The notes beneath the pieces are model-generated. The model ran no database searches, was not told where the DNA came from, and worked only from the letters and a program-made list of their open reading frames with translations. From Phoronis australis (taxonomy: Eukaryota; Animalia; Phoronida): 64,000 nucleotides of DNA. Below, in pieces: positions 1 through 13,900 of this stretch; the first letter of the stretch is position 1, and each line of letters begins with the position of its first letter. Location: positions 1,506,714 to 1,570,713 of the forward strand of contig NMRA01000019.1 in NCBI GenBank assembly GCA_002633005.1, read 5' to 3'. A program made the position numbers and the translations under genes.

Positions 1-462
1 AGCTGACATGTACTTACTCCTGTGCCCTGTATAATATTTAGCTGCAGGAGAATAACAAAACTTTGGAACCAATTGACATTTCCGGTGCAGTATTGAGTTA
101 AATATACTTGTATCATTGTGTCTAGCGCTGAGCATCACCGCAGGTTAAAACTATAATCCATGAAATCCCTGACGTCTGATGACGGACAGGAACATAACTT
201 GAATGGAATATTCCATTTGTTTTTAGAAGAGTGGTTTATCTAACGACCATTTTAAAGCCAATGGCTGTGCCCTAAACATGCCAGATTTAAATGTGTCCGT
301 GTACCGCAGGCCTGCCATTGTACGTGGTGAATGTGAAAATCCAGAATCTAAAATTCACGATGTTTGAAATAAATAGTATGTTACCAATAAAAGCTTAGTT
401 GCGCCCACATCCAAAATCAAAAGCCAAGATTTTTTATTGTAAGTTGATGACCTTTCTTCCAG

Positions 463-597
463 TTATCATCTCCAGGTGCATTCTGAACAGCCACAGACAG
501 TAAAAATGAAGTCTGAGGTGAAAGCCGGAGTATACCAGGTGGTCATTAATGGACGTTTAATTGGGACACATTTGAATATAGAAAACGTGCAGAAAAT
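463..597 (+). CDS. Candidate internal coding exon of an unidentified gene (YHLQVHSEQPQTVKMKSEVKAGVYQVVINGRLIGTHLNIENVQK)
   Basis: Acceptor cctttcttccAG (451-462), donor AT|GTacgt (598), 135 nt, open in phase 2-2. No family recognised. Confidence 0.3.
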
Positions 598-2427
598 GTA
601 CGTATTGGCTCAAAATAGCACCACGTGACCCCCCAGCATTAAACAGTTCTATTACCAAACGTGGGGTTTTGTACGTAATGTAGCTTTTGGTCTACATTTG
701 CACTCATCGGATAGTATATCTTTAAAGAGTAGCTTTTCGAAAAATGATGCTTTTCACCGATTGGCGTCCATTTGGTAAATTCTGGGTAACATTTTTACAG
801 AATAAAATTCATAAGAATCCAATGGCACTTGAAAACTTTTAGAACCGTACATTAAGTTGTCGAGGAATTATCCAGACATAGTTTGGTCAGATATATAATT
901 TTGAACAGAGCCCAAGAATAACAATTCTCTGCGCTTACACTTGATGAATAAAAATGGCTAGGAATTTAGTTTACATATGTCTGTGGCTATGTACTTGACC
1001 AGCAAAAAAATAAAGCTTTTCTTTCGACTTCTCTTGTTATAATTTGTGTGTAAAAAAGTGTTTAGTTCGCGCAGGAATGCGGTCAGGTTTGCCACCGACC
1101 CACCTCGACTTAGGTTCTCAGAATTAAACACGTACGACTGGTTATGATGAATGTTGACTTGACCGTACTTAAAAGACGGCGATTTTATCAGCTGGAAGTT
1201 GCCCCGAACAACAGGCTTCCAACTGCGTTGACTACTATCCCTTCAATCTGGGAGTGCAACGCTGGTTGTTATTGTGCATGCATGCGTACTACTCATAGAA
1301 GGAAAATTCGATCATTGGGGCACGGCCCTGGACTCCTGTAATTAGTTGGTTTGAATGAGATGTGTTCGGTACTTGCAAACGAAACTTCTATTTGTCACTC
1401 ATAGACTAATGATCACTTGGTTTAGAGGAAACCAAGGCTAGTGGAACTAACACACAACATGTCAGTTATGGACTTAAGGATTATCGCCTATGGGTCAATA
1501 GGTGGCTCAGCTTGTACTCGTTATTAAAAAGTTCGCTAGCGGACATCGCACCTCGGAATTGTGCATATACTGATATAAAGTATGTACACTTCTTCTAGGG
1601 TCGTCGTAATGTTTATTGGATAATGAACACGGTTTTAGAACATCTAACTCCAGTACACTTTATAAGCGCATTGAAAGTTTCTAAACCAGTTTTGAAAACT
1701 CTTCTTGAAAATCAAAATGTCTAAGTTATAACGAAGGTTGAGCCAGTCGGTATAGGGTGACTTGAGCCGTGGGCCCGTGGCTCACTTTACTTTCCCATTT
1801 GCTAGTTAAGTAATAGGACCTACCACTCAGACTGTGTTAAGTAAATGTTAATTGTATACCATCTCAATCTTTTCAGGAATCGTGCGTTGTATGCAAATTG
1901 GGAGGGCTTGCTTCCGGATAGTTTTTTGTTGTAGTAAAATATAAGTTAATGGTCAAAAAGAGGCACCAAACGACTTGAAACTTTGGAATCGGAACTAAAT
2001 GCGTGTATCCATCACATGTCTGAATGAAAAGTTCAAAACTTAAGATTTCACTAAATAATTTTTTACTTATTTCATGTCATTAGATGGCCCGAATGCGTAC
2101 TAAAGCAGCGTGTTTGATTGGCATGTACGCTTACACATGTGTGCTGGAGAGAAATCTTTCCTAAAAATGTAGAATAAATGACATTTTGGGAATTAGATGA
2201 CACTTTCTGGTGTATCATAAGCCCTTATTGGAAAGTCCATGAAAAGTGTGTTCAATGCTGAGCATCACATTTGTATAACTATTGACATATCACAATATGT
2301 GTTGAATGACGTGATCAAAATTTCTGAAGAACAACACACCTAATGAATTGGAACTCAATAAAATGTTTCGATCAGATCTGTAAATTTCAAGTGTCCAGCA
2401 CAAAATCATGACCTTGGCACCTCCGCT

Positions 2428-2590
2428 GAAACAGGAGTCCCGGTGTAAAACATATCCTGGAGTCGAAAACAGACTCCCGCACTTACAAAACAGCTAATCA
2501 GCCCGAAAAAAAAACATGAAGCCCGACATTTAAAACAGGAACCCCGGGATCAGGCAGGAAACCTGGGATCGAACAGGGAACCTGGACCAA
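2428..2590 (+). repeat. Degenerate ~20-bp array (aaaacaggag/aacccgg-like), probably transposon subterminal repeats
   Basis: atatcctggagtcgaaaacagactcccgcacttacaaaacagctaatcag (~2452-2501) recurs inverted at ~4870-4918. A looser array of the same style lies at ~11345-11535. Confidence 0.55.
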
Positions 2591-3549
2591 TTTCTTGGAC
2601 TGTTGTCAATAGCCTCAATCTTTAAAGAACTACCACTGTGCCAAAACGACTACTTTCATATCTAAAATGCATGTATTGGTCCAGCACCAATCGAAGTCTA
2701 TGACATCAACACAACGAATTTGGCGTTCACCGTGTCCATCACATTGCAATCGGCGATGTCTTGTGGCCGTTTAATTTAGTGCAAAATTCATGGGAAACCA
2801 AGAAAACACATTAACTGTTCAATTCATGTCAATTAATATTGAAACTGATCAAATTTAATACCTTTAATGTTTTCATTCAATTAAGTAGACACTTTCTAAC
2901 ACGGGCAAGTATGGGAATCGCCGGGTTGATAACTGGAGTCGAAAACACGGTCCGAATTATTATCGGGAAATTTCACAATGTTTATTATAAAGTGAAGTTT
3001 ACTTGATTCAAAAAATTTGATGTTAGGAATTTTGCATTCATGTCTTAGAAACCGAAGGTATAAACGCTGCGGGATTCCGATAAGGGCCGTTGTCGGGTGT
3101 ACGTCCCGTATTAGAAACGGCCGTTAAATTTGGTACAAACTACGTGGAAAAGTAACAATATATGTTATCTTGCACTTTTCGTAAAAAGCAATATTCAAAT
3201 TCATCGAACATTTCATATTAGATGATTCAAAAGAAATCGCCTTGAAATCCTTCAATCCGTAGTGGCCGCAATTTCGAATATAGAGTCGGTCAACCTTGCT
3301 CAATGATTGAAAATTTAATAGCGACACAACGTATCTGTAATATGTTAAACCTATGAAACGAATTATAAAGGTTTGTATTCAAGTTAAAGTTTAAATTCAA
3401 TCATGAAATATATTTCAATGCGGGCTGCCAATATCAGAATTCCGATACGGGAACAGCCCAGATCCGAATATTCCGATTTGGGGCCGGATTCCCTACACGG
3501 CCAGCAGAGCAGTAACACGAAACATCGATCAGGGCACAAAACATCTTGT

Positions 3550-4670
3550 AGCCAGCCAGGTAGCTGTTTGAAGACTATCATCAAGACACAACTAGGTAAC
3601 ACTGCTCTGTTAGACACTAAATTCCAAACAGTCCGGGTGGTTCTGCTACTCACCTTGTCGTGAAACATTCTATCAACATCGATGTACATGTAGAGCCAAC
3701 GACAGGCGGGGGTGCATGCAAAATCTGGGAGTCAACCGACACTCACCTTGCCCTTTGAAAAGCAATTTAAAAACCTCATTTCCCTTCATAATTCCCCGCC
3801 TTTTGTAACAAAGAAAAGTCCGTCGTCATTTTGAAAACAATACGCTCGTGACAAGCGCACGCGCCATTTTCTAAAATTTTGCAAGGATCTCTCGGGAGAT
3901 GACAGCTTCGCAGCAGCAAAATTTGTTCTGAAATCCGGTTTGCTGGCTAGTATTAAAATACTAAAAACCTGAAATGAAAGCAGTTCCGATAACTTGTTGT
4001 GACATGTACACAAACTAGCCTACTTCCAAAAGTTACACAGCCGTTGCGCAGTGAGGCTTCGGGGAAATTTCGTTGGCGCGATGATGTAATATGTAACACT
4101 TTTCGCTGATTGGTTGAGAATTTCTTTGGGGCGCTCGAAGGGGCTACGAATTATGGACTGTGTAATATGCGTCGCCATTAATTACTTTCTGTTGTATGCA
4201 AGAAACAAAAACATTATTTTATTATAAAAATCAGCATATTTCTGGCGGTGGCAAAAGGGTGTTTTGGTCGCTGGAGACTATCTTTAATTTAAAGGATTTT
4301 CAAGTATTTTTCAGTTATTGGCTTTTGTTTGCCAAAAATGTCAAAAATAAAACGTAACTTATATTATATTGACTTCGTTATTTGGTTTTTATCGGTAATG
4401 GAAACTAGTGCAACTTGTATATTCTCAACACGTTGTTATCTCGGTAAATATTTACCAAATTTCAGATTATTCAATTTGTTTCACCAAAACTAATTTCAAA
4501 AATGAAAAGCAAAATTAGTTCGACTTTCGAGTCCCCTTGTTGATTAATTTGTGACATGTACACAACATGGAGGAAGTAGACCAGTCAAATGAGGAATTGG
4601 AGAATATGGCGCCGAAAGCCGACGCAAAAGATCACAACACTGCTTTAGCTGCCGAATAACATAGAACGCC
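3550..4670. repeat. Dispersed non-autonomous repeat, copy 1 (second copy at ~10370-10955), interrupted by ~535 bp
   Basis: Collinear shared blocks with 10370-10955: ctctgttagac, ggggtgcatgca, cttttgtaacaaa.aaaagtccgtcg, aaaatttgttctga, cgaaagccgacgcaaaag. Confidence 0.7.
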
Positions 4671-5577
4671 AATCCGTCTTAAGTTGTCTTAAGTGCTCAT
4701 GTAGTAAAACAACATATCACAATTATATAATTATTTAATGGAGGAAGGTTTATTTTTCATCGAACAATGTTTGACAGTGAGTGCAGGAGTGGTGTTTCGG
4801 TCCGCGGGTTTCATGTCCGGTCGCCGGTGTTCCTCAGTGTTTTAAAGGTCTCAGTTCGTGTTTCTTGACCTGATTAGCTGTTTTGAAGGTGCGGGAGTCT
4901 GTTTTGACTGCAGGATATACAGCGACTAAAGCTGTAGAGCATTTTTTAAAAATGTAACTGCCCTTCAAGACTCATGATTGATGTACAAACCTGTAGGGAA
5001 CTGTGTGCTCTACTCTCCTTGGCGGGGTGCCCAAATATCCTCCATCAGTTATATACATGTACCATCGGACACTCCTACATGTATGACACCTAATATATAT
5101 TCTGTATATAAAGGCCTTGATAGTATTGGTTGCACTTCTCCTTGTTTTTTGCCGGCTAAAAATGAAAATCGAAACAGGGTCTCATCAAACTGATCTTAGG
5201 CCTTGGGAATATTTTTGTTTCCGAAATCAGAAAAAACAGCGGCTCAAAAATACTGTAAAACTTTTTTGGGTTAGGCAAACATGAAATTGCGATTTTTGAA
5301 AATGGCACTTGCACGCATCGCCTGTCACTTGAGTTGGTCTGACGGAGAACTGGAACCACACATAGATACTGTTCGCATATCAAAAATATTAAATGCAGAC
5401 AAATTTAAAACAACTAAAAGAACAACGACAACTGCCATATGTATGGTTACTGACAGATGCCATAATTACAACAGACAATTTCTGTGATATAGCAACAGAA
5501 TACATTGGATATTAAACGATCTAGTTACAAATACACAGACAAAACACATGAACACAAAAACATAGAAAGGCTATGTC

Positions 5578-6032
5578 AAGGTACCTAAACTACACGGTTT
5601 TACGGACTCGTAAACACGGTCACGAACGTACATGTATGAACACGACTCACATACCTGCAAACACCGTTCACTGACTCACAAACACGGGAACGGACTCACA
5701 AAACACGATCCATTCACCGAAATACACCGGAAACGGACTCACATTCACGAAGAAACTTGGTTAACGGACCGCCAAACACGGGTCACGGACTCATCGGCTT
5801 CCTGGGCCAGCTGACAACTACATTTTGTCCGTAAACCGTGTTTGGCGGTCCGTTAACAGTGTTTCTTCGTGAATGTGAGTCCGTGTTCCATGTATTTGGG
5901 TGAATGGGTCGTGTTTTGTGAGTCCGTTCCCGTGTTTGTGAGCCAGTGAACGGTGTTTGCAGGTACGGGAGTCGTATTCATGCGTCCGTGACCGTGTTTA
6001 TGAGTCTGTTAACCGTGTAGTTTATGTACCTT
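5578..6032. mobile_element. Foldback MITE / long inverted repeat (~210-bp arms, ~36-bp spacer)
   Basis: aaggtacctaaactacacgg... mirrors ...ccgtgtagtttatgtacctt. Internal blocks (acctgcaaacaccgttcactg, cacaaacacgggaacggactcacaaaacacga, gttaacggaccgccaaacacgg) are all mirrored. Confidence 0.85.
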
Positions 6033-7545
6033 ATACAGGTATTCTAATGCGTGAAACTCTCAATTCTTCTGGAATGCCAACTGCGGCCATCTTGTGACAG
6101 CTGAGGTTGCGCTTTGCATGCACGAGCGTTGTTTGCATTCGTTGGTAACGGTGTGTGTATCTACTAAAAAATTACGGCTGTCACTATAACTTTTTGCAAC
6201 TTTGCCGTTTTTAAACCGAAATGCATAAGTGCCATGTATATCATTAGAAAACCCCCATGTACCACAAGCAAAAGGTTAACAATTTAAATCAAAACTAATT
6301 CATTTCGAATACCTGACTGCTTCAAAAGTATTTTTAATTCTAAAAGCCAAGAGTGTTACCAAATGCGAAAAATTTCAAAAGTAACATTAACAGGAAATGA
6401 ACCAGAGAGGGTATATAAACGACTAGGTAAGCTATTGCGGATATAGTTTCAAGGATTCGAAAGGTTTTAGAATATAGATACCTCGCATTTCCCATGGAAA
6501 ACTTAGTCAGCGGGCATTCCTCCAAAAATAAACACATGTTTATATATTTTAATTAATTCGACCTTCGGTGCCGTTCGATACAAAATGATTCCATTCTTTA
6601 GTAAAAACTTAAAATGCAGTAAGATTTACGAAAAATGTATCTATTCAAAATTTACAGATAAAGGTTTTCTGATAGATAAAAAAGCCAAACATCCATCACG
6701 TAGCTTTGAATGTAGTGTAGATAGCTTATCACATTGGTTGTAATATAGGGCTTTCCAAAAATGTTTAGAAATACAATGTAAACTCTTTTCTTCAAAAGGT
6801 ATAATTTAGTGATCCTGATACATGTATTGTATATTACCGAATACAAGATACATTGCAACACATTTTATGATTGCTGTGTTATTAAAGATGGACTATGAAA
6901 AAAGCAATAAAAGGATCAATGTTATTTGGGAATACCATAGTTCCATAGGTAAAGGTCAACACTCAAGAACAAAAACGTACATCTGCATTGAAAGGCGGGA
7001 CTTAGAATAAAAGCGGGACATCTGGATCTAGGCCAAAACGTTCAATGTAAGAGAGAAATGTTCGCTGTGACACATGAAGCCGTACCGACAGCATTTTTGT
7101 AGAACTGGAGATGTAACAACCAAAATGTCAGACAAAGTTTTCTTTTGATGATTTTTTTAGTTGAATAGGAAATTGCGCATGGTACTGCAAAAATTTATGA
7201 GACGCCCGTTTTTTTTTCCTTTTTAGTCGACAGGGAAATTGGGGCTGTGCATCTTGAGATATTACAAGCGGGACATTTAAATGCTGTGGCGGGAAGACAA
7301 AAAGACACCAAGAGCGGAAAATTGGCAAGTACACAGCACGCTGTCAGCAGCACGCAGTAATGGATTGAGTTCTTTTACAAGGTAAACGTTTCGTTGTTTG
7401 AAAATCTCATTCCACTGTTATAAGTAAATACAACCAATAACAGAGGCCTACTTGTAAGAAATCGGATTATCATAAAATGGAATCTGGGCAAAAGGTAAAT
7501 ATTGCTCAAAGAAATTATTATAGGAACACTTCAAAACAGTAGTGA

Positions 7546-7802
<257 letters not shown>

Positions 7803-8135
7803 AAATGCACACACTTAAATGCACACACACGTACACATACACAAATACACTCACCCAGTCCCCAAGCACACTCTTACCTAAGCAATTGTGATTAAGTTTT
7901 CTGAAAGTTACGTGAGCCTCTGCCTAAACTTTTCATTTAGACCATTAAATGTAACATTTCTGTAAAATACTGTAACATGATTTGAACACCCAAAAATGTC
8001 TTGGTGAAAAATTCATAGCATGTAGTATGAAAGGTTGTCGAAAGTGGTTCCTACTATACTACAGCTAAAAAGACATCAGAGGCCAAACTTCTTCTGGCAT
8101 CCTCCCAGGGCCATAATTCGGTGCTTATAGAGAAT

Positions 8136-8458
8136 TGACCTATCGCCAGGGCTTTGAGGGTCAGCTTTACTGATCAATTAGAACACATCATTCTTGACAC
8201 ACTTTCGTTTCCCAGCCGCCATTTTACCCGACAAGCAACACGTTGCCGGCCTCCCGTTCAGTAACGCTAGGACCTCGCTAAAAAGCAAGACTTCGCGAGA
8301 TTACGTGAGATATTGCCGTGTATTTTAAATGAGAACACGTGACTTTGACTAGGTTTTAGCTAGGTCCTAGCGTACCTAGCGTCTACTGAACGCACGCCGG
8401 GTAAAACTTATTGTTAGTTTGTCGACTTTACGCAAGGGGCGGAGCTTGCGATAGGTCA
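8136..8458. mobile_element. MITE with perfect short TIRs and AT flanks, containing a nested smaller inverted-repeat element (~8249-8388)
   Basis: aattgacctatcgc (8133-8146) / gcgataggtcaatt (8448-8461). The inner segment is a near-identical inverted copy of 19146-19282. Confidence 0.75.
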
Positions 8459-10369
8459 ATTGCCAGTGTATTTGAAGAATAATAACAAAATTAAAATGAA
8501 GCAGTGAAATTGGGCTTGGTTTGATAACTTTAACTCTCAATCAAAACTCAGTCGAGCAGGCAGCCGGAAATTATCAGTGTTAACTCTCGAGGTCGCACAC
8601 AAAATAAAGATAGGTACAAAGGTCACGTGCTGGAGTTGGTGTTCCAAGGCTATAGTTCTGTGATCAATGAGGTTTTAAAGTAATTAAAATAATAAAAATT
8701 AAGTTTGCTATCGTAAATAAAAGTGGATGCCATATCTATTCGAACAAATATTGAAGTTGCTGAGGATTAGGAATCAATGTAAGTAGAGTTCAGCAGACCG
8801 TGTTCAAATATTTCCAGTAAAATATATTACATTACACACAAATGTATGGAAACAGTTACTACAAATATCTTCCTTTCAAGTTTTGTCCTGAATATGCAAA
8901 TTACCTATCACCTGACCAAATAAGTAAAAGATGCAGTCAACATGTATTGAACTCCTTATTTGAGGAACCTAATTGCTGTCGCTTCATTACTGCCCGTTTA
9001 TAACTTTAACAAAGAAATGGTGTATGCGTAGTCGGTGGTCACCCAACGAGCATCTACGTCGTGGAATTAAACGTAAAACAGATATTTTGTGATGAGGGGG
9101 CCAATCTGTGCCCTTGTTGATAGGCCGTTGCTCGAAATAATTTCCATGACCAATCATGAGCCAGAATAGATCAGAACCGTCTAAGATGTGAAATGGTACT
9201 GCTCTAACAGCTAAGGTCGTTGCCCTTCATCTGCACTGAGTGTAATAACGTGCACAGCCTGGGACACTCTATTACACAACCTGGGACTCTCTTCAGTAGG
9301 AGACTTGACTGTGTTAAGACTTGACTGGAACTCACAGGCGCGCAAATCTTGGTGTTAAGAGAAAAATCAAATATCGTACAGCAAAGCATCAATCTTCTCC
9401 TTAAACATTGGAAACGATGAATTAAACTTTACAATCATTTGTTTCATTTTCGGACAAATTTGCATAATCGTTCATGCTGTATGTGAAAATGGAGCCAGTA
9501 ATATCTGACTTTAAACTTAACCGCAGAACCCATTCAAATACAAAAAACGTAATGCAAATTTCCATCTTAACGAACACGAGGTATTTCATTATTTTGAAAC
9601 TGCATTTCCATGGTTGGCCCCTTGCGGGAAAGTTTAACCTGTAATTTACGCTCGTAAATTATGGTAGTAGACAAATGTGTAAACGTTATATCCAATAAGA
9701 GACTGGGTTGTGGATCACTTGAAACAGTTGCACGGGCGTGAAATGACGAGCGCTAAACAGCGAGTAGGAAAGGACGAGCGTAACATAAGGACAGTAAAAG
9801 AATGCGTGAGCAGACCTCTAGATAAGGGACACTGTAGAACATTCGCCTATAGCATAAGTGAATTGTACATAGCGGTTTTGATCGTAGCTGCAGGGTGTTT
9901 TTTATGAAAACACAACTTGCTGCATATAATCATGGGGCAAATACACCGCGAAGATTCCAAGATAAAATCCGCACTGATGCCGATTTCAGATCAGACCAAA
10001 AAGCATTGTTGGTTCTGGCCTACACCCCGACTAATTTTGAGACCTGCGCTCACCGACTAAAACATAGGCATGCCCGTATCAATGTCGTTCTTGCATTTTT
10101 TTGAGAAGGTACAAGAAATGATATAAGCGAGGTAAGGAGAACCTGCCATCATTTTTGGTTAACTCATGACGATTTTTTGAAAAAGTGGGCAACTAAAATG
10201 GTTGATGTTCAAAGAAAACCAAACACCTGAACCCCTGGCTTAATCTTTTTACTTTGAACGCGAACTTTTGCGTTCTGCTTTTGTGCGCATCAGTGATAAG
10301 TGTCTATTATTTTATGTTCAAATACAGAATCACCCAACTGTAATTTAACGGAGCTCAACACACAGATGT

Positions 10370-10955
10370 AGCTAGCTGTATTTTGACGATTATCATAGCT
10401 TTCGTACAGGTAGCTGGCTGGCTTCAATGTGTGCTGAGCTCTGTTAGACCCCGAAATGTTACGCAGCCTGGTAGTTCTGCTCGTCACCTCGTCGTGGAAC
10501 TTATGTACATATAAGCTAGCGACCTGCGGGGTGCATGCACAAAGTACGGGAGTCGACCGACCGTTAACGTGAAAGCAATCTAATCAACGTCATTTCCTTG
10601 CACAATCCTCCGTCTTTTGTAACAAACAAAAGTCCGTCGCCGTTTTAAGAACCGCGTACGGTACGCTAGTGACACGCGCACGCGCTATTTCCTAAAATTC
10701 TGCGAAATCTCTCGGGAAATGATGACAACCAAAATTTGTTCTGACATTCGGTTTGCTGGTACTAAAATACTAAAAGTTGTAACAAAATGAAACCAGTTCT
10801 GATAGTTTGTTGTTAAATGTACGCAATCCTACACAGTTGATTGAAGAATCGGGGAAAAGAGAAATTGGCCAATAGGTGACGCAGTATTTCATGGCCTCGA
10901 AAGCCGACGCAAAAGGCACCACAATTTTAGCCGAAGAATAATGGTAGAACATCCT
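10370..10955. repeat. Dispersed non-autonomous repeat, copy 2 (homologous to 3550-4670, uninterrupted)
   Basis: Same shared blocks in the same orientation as the copy at 3550-4670. Confidence 0.7.
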
Positions 10956-13900
10956 GTTTTCAAACACTGGTAAACAAGTACGTTTACTCAGGGACAGTGT
11001 AGTTTTTAATGACGCTAATTTTGTGTCCGATTTTTCTTTTGCACTAGTCTCTATCCCACATCGGTGCAATGCTCTTTATTTAGTGAGCATCTTTCCAGCA
11101 AGGCCAGTTATGATGATACTTTACCCAAGAACCAGTTATCCCCGACGGCGTTTTTTTTTACTTGACTATAACTACAAATCGGCGAAAAATTAATTTCACT
11201 TTGTTCTAAAACTAACACAGTGGACTTAATTATAATTACTTAGCTCAAAATTTGCAACGTGATTGGTTTTTGGTTAGATTTATTAATTTTAAGTATTGAC
11301 CTTCTTTCAGTTGTTTATATGTCATCACAAATGTTGAGGGGCAGTCACGTTTCAATTCGGCGGTCATGTTTAGACTTCGGTAGTCCTGTTTTATTGTGAG
11401 GCGGTCATGTTTTTAAGTGGTTCGGTCCCCTTTTCTGAATCGGCGGTCCCATATGGTCCATGCAGGTCCTGTTTTGTTGTGAATCGGTTCGATTTGGAGC
11501 ACCGGTGGTCATGTTTTGGGTCCGGCGATCATGGTGTCATTTCTCACCCGCGAGATTGATGACGATCAAATGAAGTGACTCGCGCACCACCAATTGGCAG
11601 TTGGGGAGTGAGAAAATAGTACATGTAGTATCCTAACCGTGGTAGCTGCCGCTGGATACATTTGTCAACCAGACCTTTGGGGTGAATTCGCAGTTTTATA
11701 GTTTCATCGGTGATGGGCTCAAAGCAATACCCGAAGAAGGGTAGGTTTCTCTTTCGTGTGTAAACGGAACACTCCTGTGGAATAGTTAGGAGCGAGAAAA
11801 AGTGTAACCAAAAGCGCACACTCTCATTGAAGAAACATGACAATATTTCGCGGAATCTAGCGAGATCTTGCTTTTCCTGGGTGGTACTAGTGTTCATTCA
11901 ACACTACCAGTACTGTTTCTGGCAAAAGGCTACAGAAAAAGGGCAATCTGTATGGCCGTCGTTCACGCGCCAAATTGAAGATTTAGTGCCTCAGTAGTGC
12001 GCCTCAATCGAATTAATTGGCCATTAGGAGGCGTGTGTCACTTGTGCCATGTCCTTTGTCTATAGTAATAGAGAAATTTAAACTTTACTACATATCAGCC
12101 ACAGTATGAACTTTGGATTTGTTCGACATTTTACGTGCTTTGAGATGACGTCCCCGCTTTTGTCCCTCTTCAATTAGTGCCGTACATTTGTACAGTGCGG
12201 CGATGGAGGTCATGCCTACGGCATGTTTATTCTGACAATCAGTGGGATTCGCCCGGCGTAGGCCGAGACACGTGGCTGTACCGGCAGTGAGAAAAACAGA
12301 TTTTCATTAAACGGTCGCGGTTGAACTTGAGGTACTCACTTCATTTGGTTTTCCCATTACGGCTCACAATACCCGCCTGTCGCGAAAATTTCAACCGTTT
12401 CTGAATTAATTAATCGCAGACGTTTCACGGCCAAGCACGGATGTATATGGATATTTTTGCTGATTTTCTCAATGGATTTATCTTGGAGTGCCTCTAAACG
12501 TATTCAGGTAACATATATTCGTTTATGTGCCTAAGTTGTTATGACCAAAACGAATTCTGGTTCGACGATTTGACTAAATGTTCTGAGTTTCCTCAACTCA
12601 ACGTTTGTATCGCAACATTTCTGTTTATTCTTGTTATTGCAATCTCTGAACGGTAGATATCTACACCACTCATAAGGATTACGCCTTCGTAGTGAGAATT
12701 GGATAATAGAATTAAGTGAAAACTTTATGACTACTACCAACAGTTATGTAAGAAGTTGTGCGACCGAATGAATGATATTATAAACTAACTGATAAATTCT
12801 TTTTGCATATTGCATCACTTTTGTTGTAAACAAAATAAACTCTTTTCAAACTGCTCACAATGTGATTCTTACACGTGATTGCAATATCTAAACACAATTC
12901 GGCTGGTGCAAAACGGTTTTCGTTAATGCCTCCGCAAGATCTCTTGATAGTGATGTATCGTTGAATCACCGACTTATTTGAACTGGATAAAATGCTGATG
13001 AACAGTAAACTACTACATTACTTACAAGTCGGAACTCAGATATTTTTGTGCAGCTAGGTGGGTATGATTTGAATTCTCCTATATTTATTATTCTGCTTTC
13101 CAAACAAAGTCATGGATCGGTGTTGAACTTTAGTATGAGCTATTCTCCCTGAGATAATACAAACATAGTGTTTATTGTGTATCGTGTTTTCACGGCCTAA
13201 ACTTCCTTTCTTCTAAGCCACAGTTTAACACATATCCCATTAGTTTCTTGCACCTCAGATATATAAAACAAGTCTGTCTGAGGCTTACTTACTAGGCACT
13301 TCATTGTTTATGTTACAGTAAAATCGTGTAAATATAGGCACCGTTTTACAACATCATACAACTAATTGTCTCGTTTGTCCTGTCAAACATGGCTCGAGAT
13401 TTCAAACAGCCCAGAACTTTTAAAAAATTATTAAAATTTCAAAAAACCCGAAAAGTCTATAATCACAAATTATCCTGGTTCCACATGTATGACTGAGCCT
13501 GTTGAAGCAATACTTGCACATGTACTAATGTAGTTAACTCAATGTCCATGTTGGGAAATTGGTTTGTGTTCCGTAATGTCTGTTTGATTACTCCGTGGGG
13601 CACGAAACTACGCCCTCAGTTTAGTCAAACGCCTGTTATTACTTGGTGAAAGGAAATTATTGAAATTTCTTCAAGTATCTTACTTCTTTTCATGTCACTT
13701 ATTACGCTTCGCCGCTGCAAACACTGGACTTCTATACGAACCCGCGCTCTAACAAGTCAGCACTGCCGTGACCCGATACCAACATCACGGAATTTTTCTG
13801 TCGTGATACACAATATGTTAATTGCCTCTTGGCAGATGTGTTGTGCGACACAAGGACGTGTCCTCGAGGCCTGAACGCAACAGATCACCTGTTTGTGATA

